Shown here piece after piece: positions 1-8,936 of a DNA stretch of 64,000 bases. Below the pieces are notes generated by a model. That model was not told where the DNA came from. It made no database searches and was given only the letters and a program-made list of their open reading frames with translations. The DNA comes from Thermodesulfobacteriota bacterium (GTDB taxonomy: Bacteria; Desulfobacterota; Desulfarculia; JACQYL01). The stretch spans positions 2,240,001 to 2,304,000 of the forward strand of contig CAXXLZ010000002.1 of NCBI GenBank assembly GCA_963675595.2. Reading direction: 5' to 3'. Made by a program: the position numbers and the translations under genes. How positions within the stretch are numbered: position 1 is the stretch's first letter; every line of letters starts with the position of its first letter.

Positions 1-740
1 GCGCGCAGCAGGATACAGGTCTTCTTCAGCCCGTTCTCTGCCTTGGGCGAAGTGAGGCCGGCGGTGCGGGGAGGCTTTCCGAAGGCATGGGCCACGTAGG
101 CGATGAGTTGGGCGGGCATCTCAGAGGGCGGCAGCTCATAGTCCACCAGGCCGGTGGCGATGGCGCTCCGCGGCATGCCGTCATACTCGGTGGAATCGGG
201 ATTCTGGACCATGACCATGCCGCCCTCGCCCTTGATGGCCCGCACGCCCAGAGTGCCGTCGCTGCCTGTGCCCGAAAGCACGATGCATATGGCCCGTTCG
301 CACTGATCTTGGGCCAACGAGCGGAAGAAGAAGTCAATGGGCAGGCGCCGGCCGCGCGGGGCGGAGGGTTCCATCAACTGGAGCCTGCCGTTCAGAAAAG
401 CCATGTCTCGGTTGGGCGGGATAATGTAGGCGCAGTTGGCGCGAACCGCCATCCCGTCCTCGACCTCGAAGACCTGCATGCGGGTGTAGCGTCGGATGAG
501 GTCGGTGAGGATGCTCTTGTGGTCCGGAGCCAGATGCTGTACCAAAACAAAGGCCATACTGGGATCCGTGTCCGTGGGCATGCCGGAAAAGAAGGCCTCA
601 AACGCCGCCAACCCGCCGGCCGAAGCTCCGATGCCGACGATCGGGAAGCTGACATTTTCTTCCGGTTTTTTTTCTTCTTTATTCTTTTTTGATGAATTCT
701 CTTTGGCAGACCCGCGCGGTTTTTTCTTATTTGTCGGCAT
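1..740 (-). CDS. CheB/CheR fusion protein, 5' part (runs off the left edge; not in ORF track)
   Basis: Manual minus-strand translation from ATG at 740 (RBS GGAAGGA): MPTNKKK...FPIVGIGASAGGLAAF...FVLVQHLAPDHKS...RLPIDFFFRSLA...IVLSGTGSDGTLG...YDGMPRSAI, a CheB methylesterase domain with the S/H/D triad. It is followed by ENGLKKTCILLRA, which resembles the start of a fused CheR domain. Confidence 0.85.
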   Translation of the reverse strand, partial: MPTNKKKPRGSAKENSSKKNKEEKKPEENVSFPIVGIGASAGGLAAFEAFFSGMPTDTDPSMAFVLVQHLAPDHKSILTDLIRRYTRMQVFEVEDGMAVRANCAYIIPPNRDMAFLNGRLQLMEPSAPRGRRLPIDFFFRSLAQDQCERAICIVLSGTGSDGTLGVRAIKGEGGMVMVQNPDSTEYDGMPRSAIATGLVDYELPPSEMPAQLIAYVAHAFGKPPRTAGLTSPKAENGLKKTCILLR

Positions 741-791
741 TGTCGTTCCTTCCATATTGAAATGGATAAGAAAAAAATCAGAATCTGTATT

Positions 792-1058
792 TTATGCCGG
801 TCTGAGCTCAAGATTCGATCGCGAAAGGCTCCGCATACCCAGATGATACAGTCTTCGCGCCCGGGCGGCGATGTTGTCCACCAAGTCCCTCAGGCTCACC
901 CGCCCGGAAAGCTGAGCAATGGTCAGCGCCATAAATTGAGACCATCGGTTGAAACTTCGAAAACGGCGTCCAACATGATGCACCTTGGCAAGACTGTCGA
1001 ATTCATGTCTCGGAAGAAATGCAACTATTTGACTTAGGATTGCGTTACGATGCGACAT
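792..1058 (-). pseudogene. IS4-family transposase N-terminal fragment (DUF4372-like), truncated
   Basis: MSHRNAILSQIVAFLPRHEF...FNRWSQFMALTIAQLSGRVSLRDL...LSRSNL is a typical IS4 N-terminus. It ends after about 85 aa with no DDE domain. Confidence 0.8.
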
Positions 1059-1289
1059 GGCTCGGATGCCCTTGTTTTGTTAGTGCTTTTTCGCAAAACC
1101 ATTATAACACAGAGGGCTTCCAGAGCCGTTTCTTATTGATTAGGACCAAAGGACCCTCTTTATTTTGCTCCTTTTGCTGCTCGCATTGCTCTTCACCATC
1201 GCTGAAACTCCTTCGAACGACGATTCGAACAAATGATTCAGCTCCTCACTCTTCGTGGGCAGAATAACATCCTTTCTTCAACGGGCTGT

Positions 1290-1448
1290 CTAGAATGCTG
1301 TTGAAAAACGCGATCTGCGGCGTTGCGCTTCATCCCTCGTCACTGCGACGTACTCTATGTACGTCTCATTCCTCAGGATTTGCGCGCCTTGCATCTCATC
1401 GTTTTTCAGCAGCCTGCCGCAACCGGCTTTTTTCAACGGGCTGTCTAG
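1290..1448. mobile_element. ~155-bp non-coding MITE-like element bounded by CTAG
   Basis: CTAG at 1290-1293 and 1445-1448; imperfect terminal IRs (GCTGTTGAAAAA / TTTTTCAACGGGC); 23-bp direct repeat TTCAACGGGCTGTCTAGAATGCT at 1277-1299 and 1432-1454; related copies at 37802-37956 and 43309-43349. Confidence 0.75.
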
Positions 1449-1631
1449 AATGCTCGCAAACCGGAATCGAAAAATAGTGAACACGTGATGCCGTCGTAAG
1501 AACCCCCTTTTCGAGCAGGGCTAGTTTCTGCAGGATCGGAGGTTCAAGCGGCCATTGAAAGACATTTAGGGTTGCCGCCGTCTGTAAATAGGTCACAGAG
1601 AGGACGGAAATTGTCGTTGTTGTTGCCGTCT

Positions 1632-3033
1632 AATGACTTGGGACAGGCCCTCTTGGCCTGATCAAGGCGGCTCTGGATGAACCTCTTGATATTGATGGCC
1701 GGGGCCTTCATGAAAACAGACAGGATGACCCGGTTTCTGCCTCGGGTCCACGATCGTTAGAATCCCGTGACCCGATCCGCTTCGGAGATGGTGGCCTCGA
1801 TGCCGGACCGGATTTTGTAACGTTCTTTGAAATCATGGCTTTCCTGCTTTAGCCTGCGTTTGGAGGTCGCTATGTCCTTTCGTTTGTACTTCAGCCGATA
1901 ATTTCCGCCCTTGATCCGCTCTAACGGACAGATGGCGAGAAATTCGCGTATGAGACAGTGCTCGCGGGGAAACACGGCTTCAACCGCTTTGCCGCGGTCA
2001 ACGACCTTGCATTCGAGAGGCGCGTGACCCCGGATACAGGAAACGACTTGGGTGCAGTCCTCGTTCGTTTCAAAGTCACTCAACTGCATCTTATTGAGAT
2101 CCGGTGCTTTTCCGCAATTGACCGGGGCGGTAAGCTCGACTTCGTGCTCGTAAGCTTGAAGGATGTTCTCCCCGCTGCCGCAGCCGGCGTCGGCGAACAA
2201 CTCGGCGGGTTTGCGGCCCGTCTCCTCCAGGCGTTCGATAACGGGCATCACGTCTTTCCGGTCGTTGCCATAGGAAGGGGCCGCGTCCATATCGGTGATC
2301 ATCTGGAAGGGATTTTCCTTCACGCAGGTCTCCGTGAGGGAAGCCTTATATCCTTTGCCCTTGCGCCCATAAGCGGCATCGGGATCCGAAGGATTCTGCA
2401 GGGAGTCCGCGATGATTTCACATCGGCAAAATAGCCTGCGCGCTTCAGGTAGGCCTTGTCGTAAAGTCGGGGCAGTTTCTCGTACAACTTGGGATGCTTC
2501 TTACGGAGCCGTCTCAGGAACGCTTCGATGGTGCGCGTAAAGAGCCCTAGACGGCTCAGATGGGCCATGTTGGAAGTGATCTGGGTGGAGTCCAACCGCT
2601 GTTTTTCCGTGCTAAGGGAGGCCGTCTCGACGATCGCGTCCGTGATTCCGGTGAACAGGCCCCGCGCTTGTTCGTTGGCGGTAATCAAGGTCCGGAAATT
2701 GTGCAGGGTCTTCCGGCAGACGTGAGATTCAAAGGCGTTGATGTCGAATGCATATTGCCGGCGGAGATCGAAGTCCGGAGCGCCCAAAACCTCCGCATCG
2801 GTCAGGTTGTGCATTTCCTTCAAAATGCATACTCCGACGAGGATGGCCACGGGTTTGTTGGGCCTGCCGTTATCCTCACAGTAGAAAGGCCGGAAAAACT
2901 CCTCATCGATCATGGGAAGCACCAAACGCCGGAAGGGACCGGCCGAAGTCTTCTCCAACGCCTCGATCCTGGTGGCTGGAAGGCAAATATCGTGGTCGAA
3001 AATGGTCTTTTGTGTTCTCTTAGGCCGAAACAA
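1632..3033 (-). pseudogene. IS1182-like DDE transposase, frameshifted/internally deleted, premature stop at 1757
   Basis: N-terminal part FYCEDNGRPNKPV...KTLHNFR...QRLDSTQITSN; C-terminal part (LQNPSDPDAAY...LFADAGCGS...YKIRSGIEATISE) lies in another frame. Transposase-like reading continues past the TAA (SWTRGRNRVILSVFMKAPAINIKR). The left coordinate is approximate. Confidence 0.8.
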
Positions 3034-3076
3034 AACAGACCCCTGAGGAATATATTGGCAATCAAATCGAATACTT

Positions 3077-3104
3077 ATTCTACAAGGCCCAAGAGAAGGG
3101 TCAA
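3077..3104 (-). promoter_or_regulatory. Candidate sigma70 promoter of the IS transposase
   Basis: Minus strand TTGACC-N16-TAGAAT, about 45 bp upstream of the transposase start. Confidence 0.45.
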
Positions 3105-3171
3105 CCCCTAAATACCACTTTTACTCATATTTTCAAAAAGATAGCTTTGCCAAGAGGTTTTTACGAACCCA

Positions 3172-4264
3172 TCAAATAAGATTTACAATAGCGCCGCCTC
3201 CGTCTTTGACCGGCGATATGAAGCATTCCGCAGTGTAAATGGTTCCATCTTTGCGTTTGTCAGTGATGCGGCCGGTCCATCGCCTGCCCTCGATAATGGT
3301 GTCCCACGGCTGCTTGTAGAACGCCTGCCCCTGATGACCGCTTTTGAGCATCCGTGGATTCCGGCCGATCAGCTCCTCAAGAGCATAGCCGGCGATTTTC
3401 CCGAATGCCGGATTGGCGTACTCGATTGTTCCGTCCGTCGTTGTGATCACGATGGCTTCCGAAGTCTGCCGTACCGCTTCGGCCAGTCTTCGAAGCTCTA
3501 TCTCCGCTTGCCCGCGTTCGGTGATGTCGCTCAGCACGACACGGCACACGAGAGCGCCGTCGGTATCCTTCGCCACTGTGGCTTCCAGCCTCGCCCAGAA
3601 GGACGCGCCGTCTACTTTCATCAGCCGTACCTCGCACACCTGTGACTGACCGGTTTCAAAGAGCTGTTTGCGGTGCTGGTAGTAGCGGGTAGTAGCTGGT
3701 AGTGGATGTCCTGGTCTTCCTTGAGGATGAACCGGGTAAACGGCTGCTTGACCAGCGCGCTCCGGTCACGCCCAGCAGGGTGGCGGCTGTGAGGTTGGCC
3801 TCCAGGATCAGCCCCATCTCGGAGTGGTCGCGGACATAGACTTCCACTTGGTGCCAGTAGCCCTGGTCGTCGCCAATTTTCTTGCAGCTTGCGCAGATGG
3901 GCACGATGCCGCGCAGCTTTGGGATTTTGGAGGAAGCCCCGGTGGCATAGACGGCCACGTCGAAAGGCCACTTTCTTCCCGTGGAATCCTTGGCGGTTCC
4001 GGCCTTCATATCCAAATCCACAATCCCGGTGTTTACGTGAACATGCACGCCCGCCTTCTCGAATTCCTCCGGAGTTCGAGCGATGATCTTTTCCGTGCCC
4101 TGAATGCGGTCCGCGACAAAGTACGGAGTCGGACACGCGGCATAGGACACGTGAGGCCCTTCGTCGAACATGTGCACTTCCAGCTCACGATCGAGCCGTT
4201 TCGCTTTGGCCGCCGCACTAGGCCCCGCGGCCCCACCTCCGATAACGATCAATTGTCTGCCCGT
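3172..4264 (-). pseudogene. Chimeric pseudogene: CoA-disulfide reductase-like N-terminus + LRGIVPICASCKKI motif + tandem PAS domains
   Basis: IVIGGGAAGPSAA...SYAACPTPY...ATGA (FAD-binding Rossmann fold with redox Cys), then LRGIVPICASCKKIGDDQGYWHQVEVYVRDHSE, then PAS segments (GLILEANLTAATLLG; IEYANPAFGKIAGY...KRKDGTIY). Two frameshifts; truncated by the IS end at 3174. Confidence 0.8.
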
Positions 4265-5273
4265 ACCGCCCTCCAGATTTTCACCGAAACGATACGAAAT
4301 TCAAGAAATCTCGTTGAATCGAGAAACCTTCTCTTGCGGCCCACGAATACGTACTTTACAGGTTTTGCCCGATGTGCGCAACCCTCGACCGGCCTTGGCC
4401 TTCACCAACGAGAGACTTACAGGTTCGTGAGTGCCCGCCCGGCCCGGCGACGAAGTCGTGGAAAGAATCATCAGAAATAGGCCTCGCCAATTCAATTTGT
4501 GTAGACGTCTCCCCGGATAAACACCGGGGGCCATGCCACACGTTCAACTTTACACTTCGCAACTTTTCTTGAGCGCCATATTAGGATAAGAAAAAAATTT
4601 GTAAGATAAGTATCCAAAAACCCTGCGGCCCCTGTGAATCAAATCCATACCGTCTGATATGAAGGAGCAGTATCGGCCGCCCCCAACCGGAGATCGACGT
4701 GATACGGGCGACGGAAATCGCGAAAGCCCCCATCCCGCAAGCAATGGAGAAGACCCTATGAGAGACGGATTTCTCCTACACCCTCCCTAAAGACGGATTT
4801 CATTCCTTCCCCCGACAAAAGAAGATGCATCTTCACGCCTAGGGCGTCCTCAGCGGGAAGCAGCACTCGACGCACTTGGTTTCGTGGTACCTGCGACGGT
4901 CGCTTTCCCGACCTTTTCCGAGACTCCGCCCGTGGATGTGGACGAAGAACTTCGTACACCGCGAGTGACGGTAGCGCGTGCTTTCCATGCAAAGAATTCC
5001 TTTGGGGATTCCTCCGTCCGTGCGCCGAAACGATTTTTCGAAACGGCTCACCCTGCTTCGGCTGCAAAGGGAACCCACCGGTTCCGTGGGTCTCCGCCAT
5101 CCGCGAGAGGCCCCCATCCGCTACACCGCTTCCTCGGCGGCGAGGAGCCTGAGCCCCTCTTTCGCAGCTCTCTGTACAACCACTTGTCCGACTTGTTTCC
5201 GCTCGCGGAGGAGCCGGGGATCTCCGCGACACTCGGGTTACAACCGAATATGGTCCAACTAGGAAAGGAAATC

Positions 5274-8200
5274 ATGCGTTCCACAGGCAGCGTCAAGATC
5301 AAGTCGTTCTTCCAGATTATCCGCATGGGAATGGTTTTCTTCGTTCTGTTCGTATCGGGAGCCATTGCCGCAGATCAGGTTGTGACCAATAACAACAACT
5401 CCGGGGCGGGCTCATTGCGGCAAGCCATCGCAGACGTGGGCAATGGAGAGACCATCAGCTTTAATCTGTCCTCGGGCTCCGAAACCATCACGGTCTCGGA
5501 AGACGGCTCCGCAGCGGCATTCAATTTGACCGACGCCAAGAGCTTCACCATCGATGGGGAAAACACGGCGGGAAGCGGCACCCGGGTAACCATCCAAGTC
5601 ACGACTCCCGGAATCTCCGCGTTCAGGGTATTCAACATTAATGCGTCCGGACAAACCTACACCTTCAACAATTTGACGATAAAAGGCGGGGACATCTCAG
5701 GGGCATCCGAACACGGAGGGGTAATAAAATCAACCGCCGGCGACATAGTGATCGACAACTGCACCTTATCAAACAGCAAAGCCAATAACGGAGGCGCCCT
5801 ATTTCATCAGTATTCAAGCGTCACCATAAATGATTCCAACATTACGGACAACTATGCCACGGGCAAGGGCGGAGCTATTTATAGTCAGCCGTACAGCGGA
5901 AAACAACTTTCCGTTACCAATTCAACCTTCGACGGGAATGCAACAGCAACGGCAAGTCAATACCAGAATTACGGAGGAGCCATCTACGCCACTTCATCCG
6001 GCTCTTCAGACACCAATAAGTGCAAGATCACCGACTGCACTTTTATGAACGGCACCTCATGCAACGGCGGCGCCATCTATGTGAATGATGGAGGAATCGA
6101 TATATTAGGCTCGACGTTCACGGGAAACAGTGCAACCAACATGGGTGGAGCCGTCGGCATAGGAACTTCGGGGAGTACGGAAAACTGCAGGTTGGAAAAT
6201 TCAACGTTTTTTCAGAATACCGGTGCCTATGGCAGTGCGCTAATAGTTTTTGATGTCGTATACATGAACAATTGTACTGTTTACGACAATGAACATCAGA
6301 GTTGGGGCGCCGTGGCCACCCGGTTGAGTAACGCGAACCTGCACATGCGGAACTGCTTGTTGGCGGGGAACTCGACCTCCGGTGGAAGCAACATGGATTA
6401 CTACCTCAACGGCGGGACCGTCACCGACCACGGCTATAACATAGTGCAGTATCAATCGGGAACCAATTTCAATTCCACCACCGATATCCTTTACAACACC
6501 AAGGCCGACGGCACTACCGGATACGCAACATGGAATCAAAACAACTCCGATCTGGCCAATCAAAGCCTCAACATCGCCACGGCCCTTGCCGACAACGGCG
6601 GCAATACGAAGACGTTAAGCCTGGACAGCGGAAGCTTCGCCATTGACGCCGTTCCCTATACGGATTCCGGAAGCGGTGTCTGGAACGGCGCCCCAACCAC
6701 CGACGGAACCTACTATGACCAGCGTGGTGAGGCGACTCCGGCCGATAATCCCATCAGCATCGGAGCCTACACGGAGCCCCCGCCCGCTGTGGCACCCACG
6801 GTAACCACAACCGCCGTCTCGTCCATCACCACTACCACGGCCTCTTCCGGAGGCGAAGTCACCCTCGACGGCGGCGCGAACGTCACCGTTAGGGGCGTAT
6901 GTTGGAACACCACCGGCACTCCGGACACCGACGACGACAAAACCACCGACGACAACGGCACGGGCGAGTTCACCAGTTCCCTCACCAACCTCTCTCCCGG
7001 ACAAAAATATTATGTCCGCGCCTATGCGACCAACAGCGCGGGAACAGGTTACGGCGATGAAGAGGAGTTCACCACGGAAACCGCCGCACCCACGGTGACC
7101 ACCACCGCGGTTTCGTCCATCACCTCTACCACGGCCTCGTCCGGCGGTGATGTCACCGCCGACGGCGGCGCGAGCGTCATCGCCAGGGGCGTATGTTGGA
7201 ACACCACCGGCACTCCCGACACCGACGACGACAAGACCACCAACGACACCGGCACCGGCGAATTCACCAGTTCCCTCACCAACCTCTCTCCGGGCCAAAA
7301 ATACTATGTCCGGGCCTATGCAACCAACAGCGTGGGAACGGGTTACGGCGAGGAGGAGGAGTTCACCACGGAAACCGCCGCACCCACGGTGACCACCACC
7401 GCAGTTTCGTCCATCACCTCTACCACGGCCTCGTCCGGCGGCGATGTCACCGCCGACGGCGGCGCGAACGTCACCGCCAGGGGCGTATGCTGGAACACCA
7501 CCGGCACTCCCGACACCAATGACGACAAGACCGACAACGGCACAGGCACCGGTGAGTTCACCAGTTCCCTCAACAACCTTTCTCCGGGCCAAAAATACTA
7601 TGTCCGGGCCTATGCAACCAACAGCGTGGACACCGCTTACGGCAATGAAGTGGAGTTCACCGCCGATCCGGTCCTTCCCACGGTCACCACTACCGCGGCT
7701 TCGTCCATCACCACAACCACGGCTTCGTCCGGCGGTGATGTCACCTCCGACGGCGGCGGTGACATCACCGCCAGGGGCGTATGTTGGAACACCACGGGCA
7801 CTCCGGACACCGGTGACGACAAAACCACCAACGGTGCAGGCACGGGCTCTTTTGCCGGTTCCCTCACCAACCTCTCCCCGGGTCAAAAGTATTACGTCCG
7901 CGCCTATGCGACCAACGGCGCCGGAACCGCATACGGCAATCAGGTCTCCTTTACCACGGAAGCGGGCGCTCCCACGGTGACCACGGCCGCCGTTTCCTCC
8001 ATCACCGGCAACACGGCCTCCTGCGGCGGCAATGTCACCGCCGACGGCGGTGCGACCGTCACCGCCAGGGGCGTATGCTGGAACACCACCGGCACTCCCG
8101 ACACCGGCGACGACAAGACCAGCGACGGCACAGGCACGGGCTCCTTCGTCGGTTCGATCACCGGCCTGTCCACGGAAACCCGGTATTATGTCCGGGCCTA

Positions 8201-8882
8201 TGCAACCAATAGTAAAGGCACCGCTTACGGCAACGAAGTCGATTTCACCACCGGGGACGACAGCGACGGTGTGGACACGGCCGTTGAAAACGCCGTGCCC
8301 AGTCCCGGAGGCGGTACGGGAGACGGCAACGGGGACGGCACCCCGGACAAGGACCAAGCGGACGTGACTTCCCTGGAAACATGCGACCATACGGATTACG
8401 CCACCCTGGATTCCACGGCAAACGCCGGAACCAGCCTTAAAGACGTGACCGCCCTCTCTCCGGCTCAAGCCGGCGTGCCCGACGTCATCAACATGCCCTG
8501 CGGCGTGTTTCATTTCGAGGTCCACGGAGTGACGGCCGGCGAAGAAATAACCATGGAAATACTGGTCTCGAGGGACCCGTCCATCACGGGCTATTTCAAA
8601 TTGAACAAGTATACCGGAACCTGGGAAAACGTGGCCGTGGCCGTGGACCATACCTCCGTGCCCGGCAAAACCAAGATCACCTTTGTGCTGAAGGAGAGCG
8701 GTCCCTATGACAACGATGGAGACCCTTCCACCCTGACCGATCCGGGTGGACCCGGCGCCTATGCCGACGCCGCATATTCCGTGTCCCAAGTACCCACCCT
8801 ATCCCAATGGGGCATGCTCCTGATGTCGGCTTTGCTGGCTCTCTTCGCCGTTGTCCGTATTCGGAAAGGATACTCCGCCTAA
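5274..8882 (+). CDS. Large secreted surface protein: signal peptide, beta-helix with PMP-like GGAI/FxxN repeats, 5 Fn3-like repeats, choice-of-anchor-like domain, IPTL-CTERM-like sorting signal
   Basis: RBS AGGAAAGGA before ATG 5274; signal ...FFVLFVSGAIAA|DQVVTNNNNSGAGSLRQAI; GGAL/GGAI/GGAV and FxGN motifs; LADNGGNTKTLSL...DQRG...IGAY; C-terminus VPTLSQWGMLLMSALLALFAVVRIRK. Confidence 0.88.
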   Translation: MRSTGSVKIKSFFQIIRMGMVFFVLFVSGAIAADQVVTNNNNSGAGSLRQAIADVGNGETISFNLSSGSETITVSEDGSAAAFNLTDAKSFTIDGENTAGSGTRVTIQVTTPGISAFRVFNINASGQTYTFNNLTIKGGDISGASEHGGVIKSTAGDIVIDNCTLSNSKANNGGALFHQYSSVTINDSNITDNYATGKGGAIYSQPYSGKQLSVTNSTFDGNATATASQYQNYGGAIYATSSGSSDTNKCKITDCTFMNGTSCNGGAIYVNDGGIDILGSTFTGNSATNMGGAVGIGTSGSTENCRLENSTFFQNTGAYGSALIVFDVVYMNNCTVYDNEHQSWGAVATRLSNANLHMRNCLLAGNSTSGGSNMDYYLNGGTVTDHGYNIVQYQSGTNFNSTTDILYNTKADGTTGYATWNQNNSDLANQSLNIATALADNGGNTKTLSLDSGSFAIDAVPYTDSGSGVWNGAPTTDGTYYDQRGEATPADNPISIGAYTEPPPAVAPTVTTTAVSSITTTTASSGGEVTLDGGANVTVRGVCWNTTGTPDTDDDKTTDDNGTGEFTSSLTNLSPGQKYYVRAYATNSAGTGYGDEEEFTTETAAPTVTTTAVSSITSTTASSGGDVTADGGASVIARGVCWNTTGTPDTDDDKTTNDTGTGEFTSSLTNLSPGQKYYVRAYATNSVGTGYGEEEEFTTETAAPTVTTTAVSSITSTTASSGGDVTADGGANVTARGVCWNTTGTPDTNDDKTDNGTGTGEFTSSLNNLSPGQKYYVRAYATNSVDTAYGNEVEFTADPVLPTVTTTAASSITTTTASSGGDVTSDGGGDITARGVCWNTTGTPDTGDDKTTNGAGTGSFAGSLTNLSPGQKYYVRAYATNGAGTAYGNQVSFTTEAGAPTVTTAAVSSITGNTASCGGNVTADGGATVTARGVCWNTTGTPDTGDDKTSDGTGTGSFVGSITGLSTETRYYVRAYATNSKGTAYGNEVDFTTGDDSDGVDTAVENAVPSPGGGTGDGNGDGTPDKDQADVTSLETCDHTDYATLDSTANAGTSLKDVTALSPAQAGVPDVINMPCGVFHFEVHGVTAGEEITMEILVSRDPSITGYFKLNKYTGTWENVAVAVDHTSVPGKTKITFVLKESGPYDNDGDPSTLTDPGGPGAYADAAYSVSQVPTLSQWGMLLMSALLALFAVVRIRKGYSA
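6792..8261 (+). repeat. Five tandem 294-bp (98-aa) intragenic Fn3-like repeats
   Basis: Units start at 6792, 7086, 7380, 7674 and 7968: PTVTTTAVSSIT...RGVCWNTTGTP...YYVRAYATN...YG.E..FT. Confidence 0.95.
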
Positions 8883-8900
8883 ACGATCGAACCTGAAACA

Positions 8901-8936
8901 AGCCGTCGGGTGTCGCAAAACGGACGCCCGACGGTT
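8901..8936 (+). terminator. GC-rich hairpin after the surface-protein gene
   Basis: AGCCGTCGGGTGTC-GCAAAACG-GACGCCCGACGGTT, a 14-bp stem (two G-U pairs) 18 nt after the stop; weak U-tract. Confidence 0.5.

Larger units (their letters stand above)
1486..3174 (-). mobile_element. Degenerate IS1182/IS5-like insertion sequence
   Basis: Imperfect terminal IRs TGATGCCGTCGTAAGAACC (1486-1504) and GGTTTTTACGAACCCATCA (3156-3174), 15/19 match, enclosing a broken transposase. No clear TSD found. Confidence 0.7.

Noticed and set aside
87-692. 201-aa plus-strand ORF
   Set aside because: Antisense shadow of the CheB domain on the minus strand.
4680-4760. Possible c-di-GMP riboswitch (GGAAA/CGAAAG-like words)
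   Set aside because: I could not build the P1/P2 stems by eye; it needs an Infernal scan.
4884-5273. 130-aa N-terminal extension of the surface protein in the ORF track
   Set aside because: The RBS and signal peptide point to ATG 5274; the extension is not protein-like.
6792-8261. Repeats as a CRISPR array or DGR template/variable repeats
   Set aside because: They are contiguous in-frame coding units with no spacers, and no cas or reverse transcriptase gene is in the window.
6615-8789. 724-aa minus-strand repetitive ORF
   Set aside because: Stop-free antisense frame produced by the GC-rich Thr/Gly repeats of the real gene.
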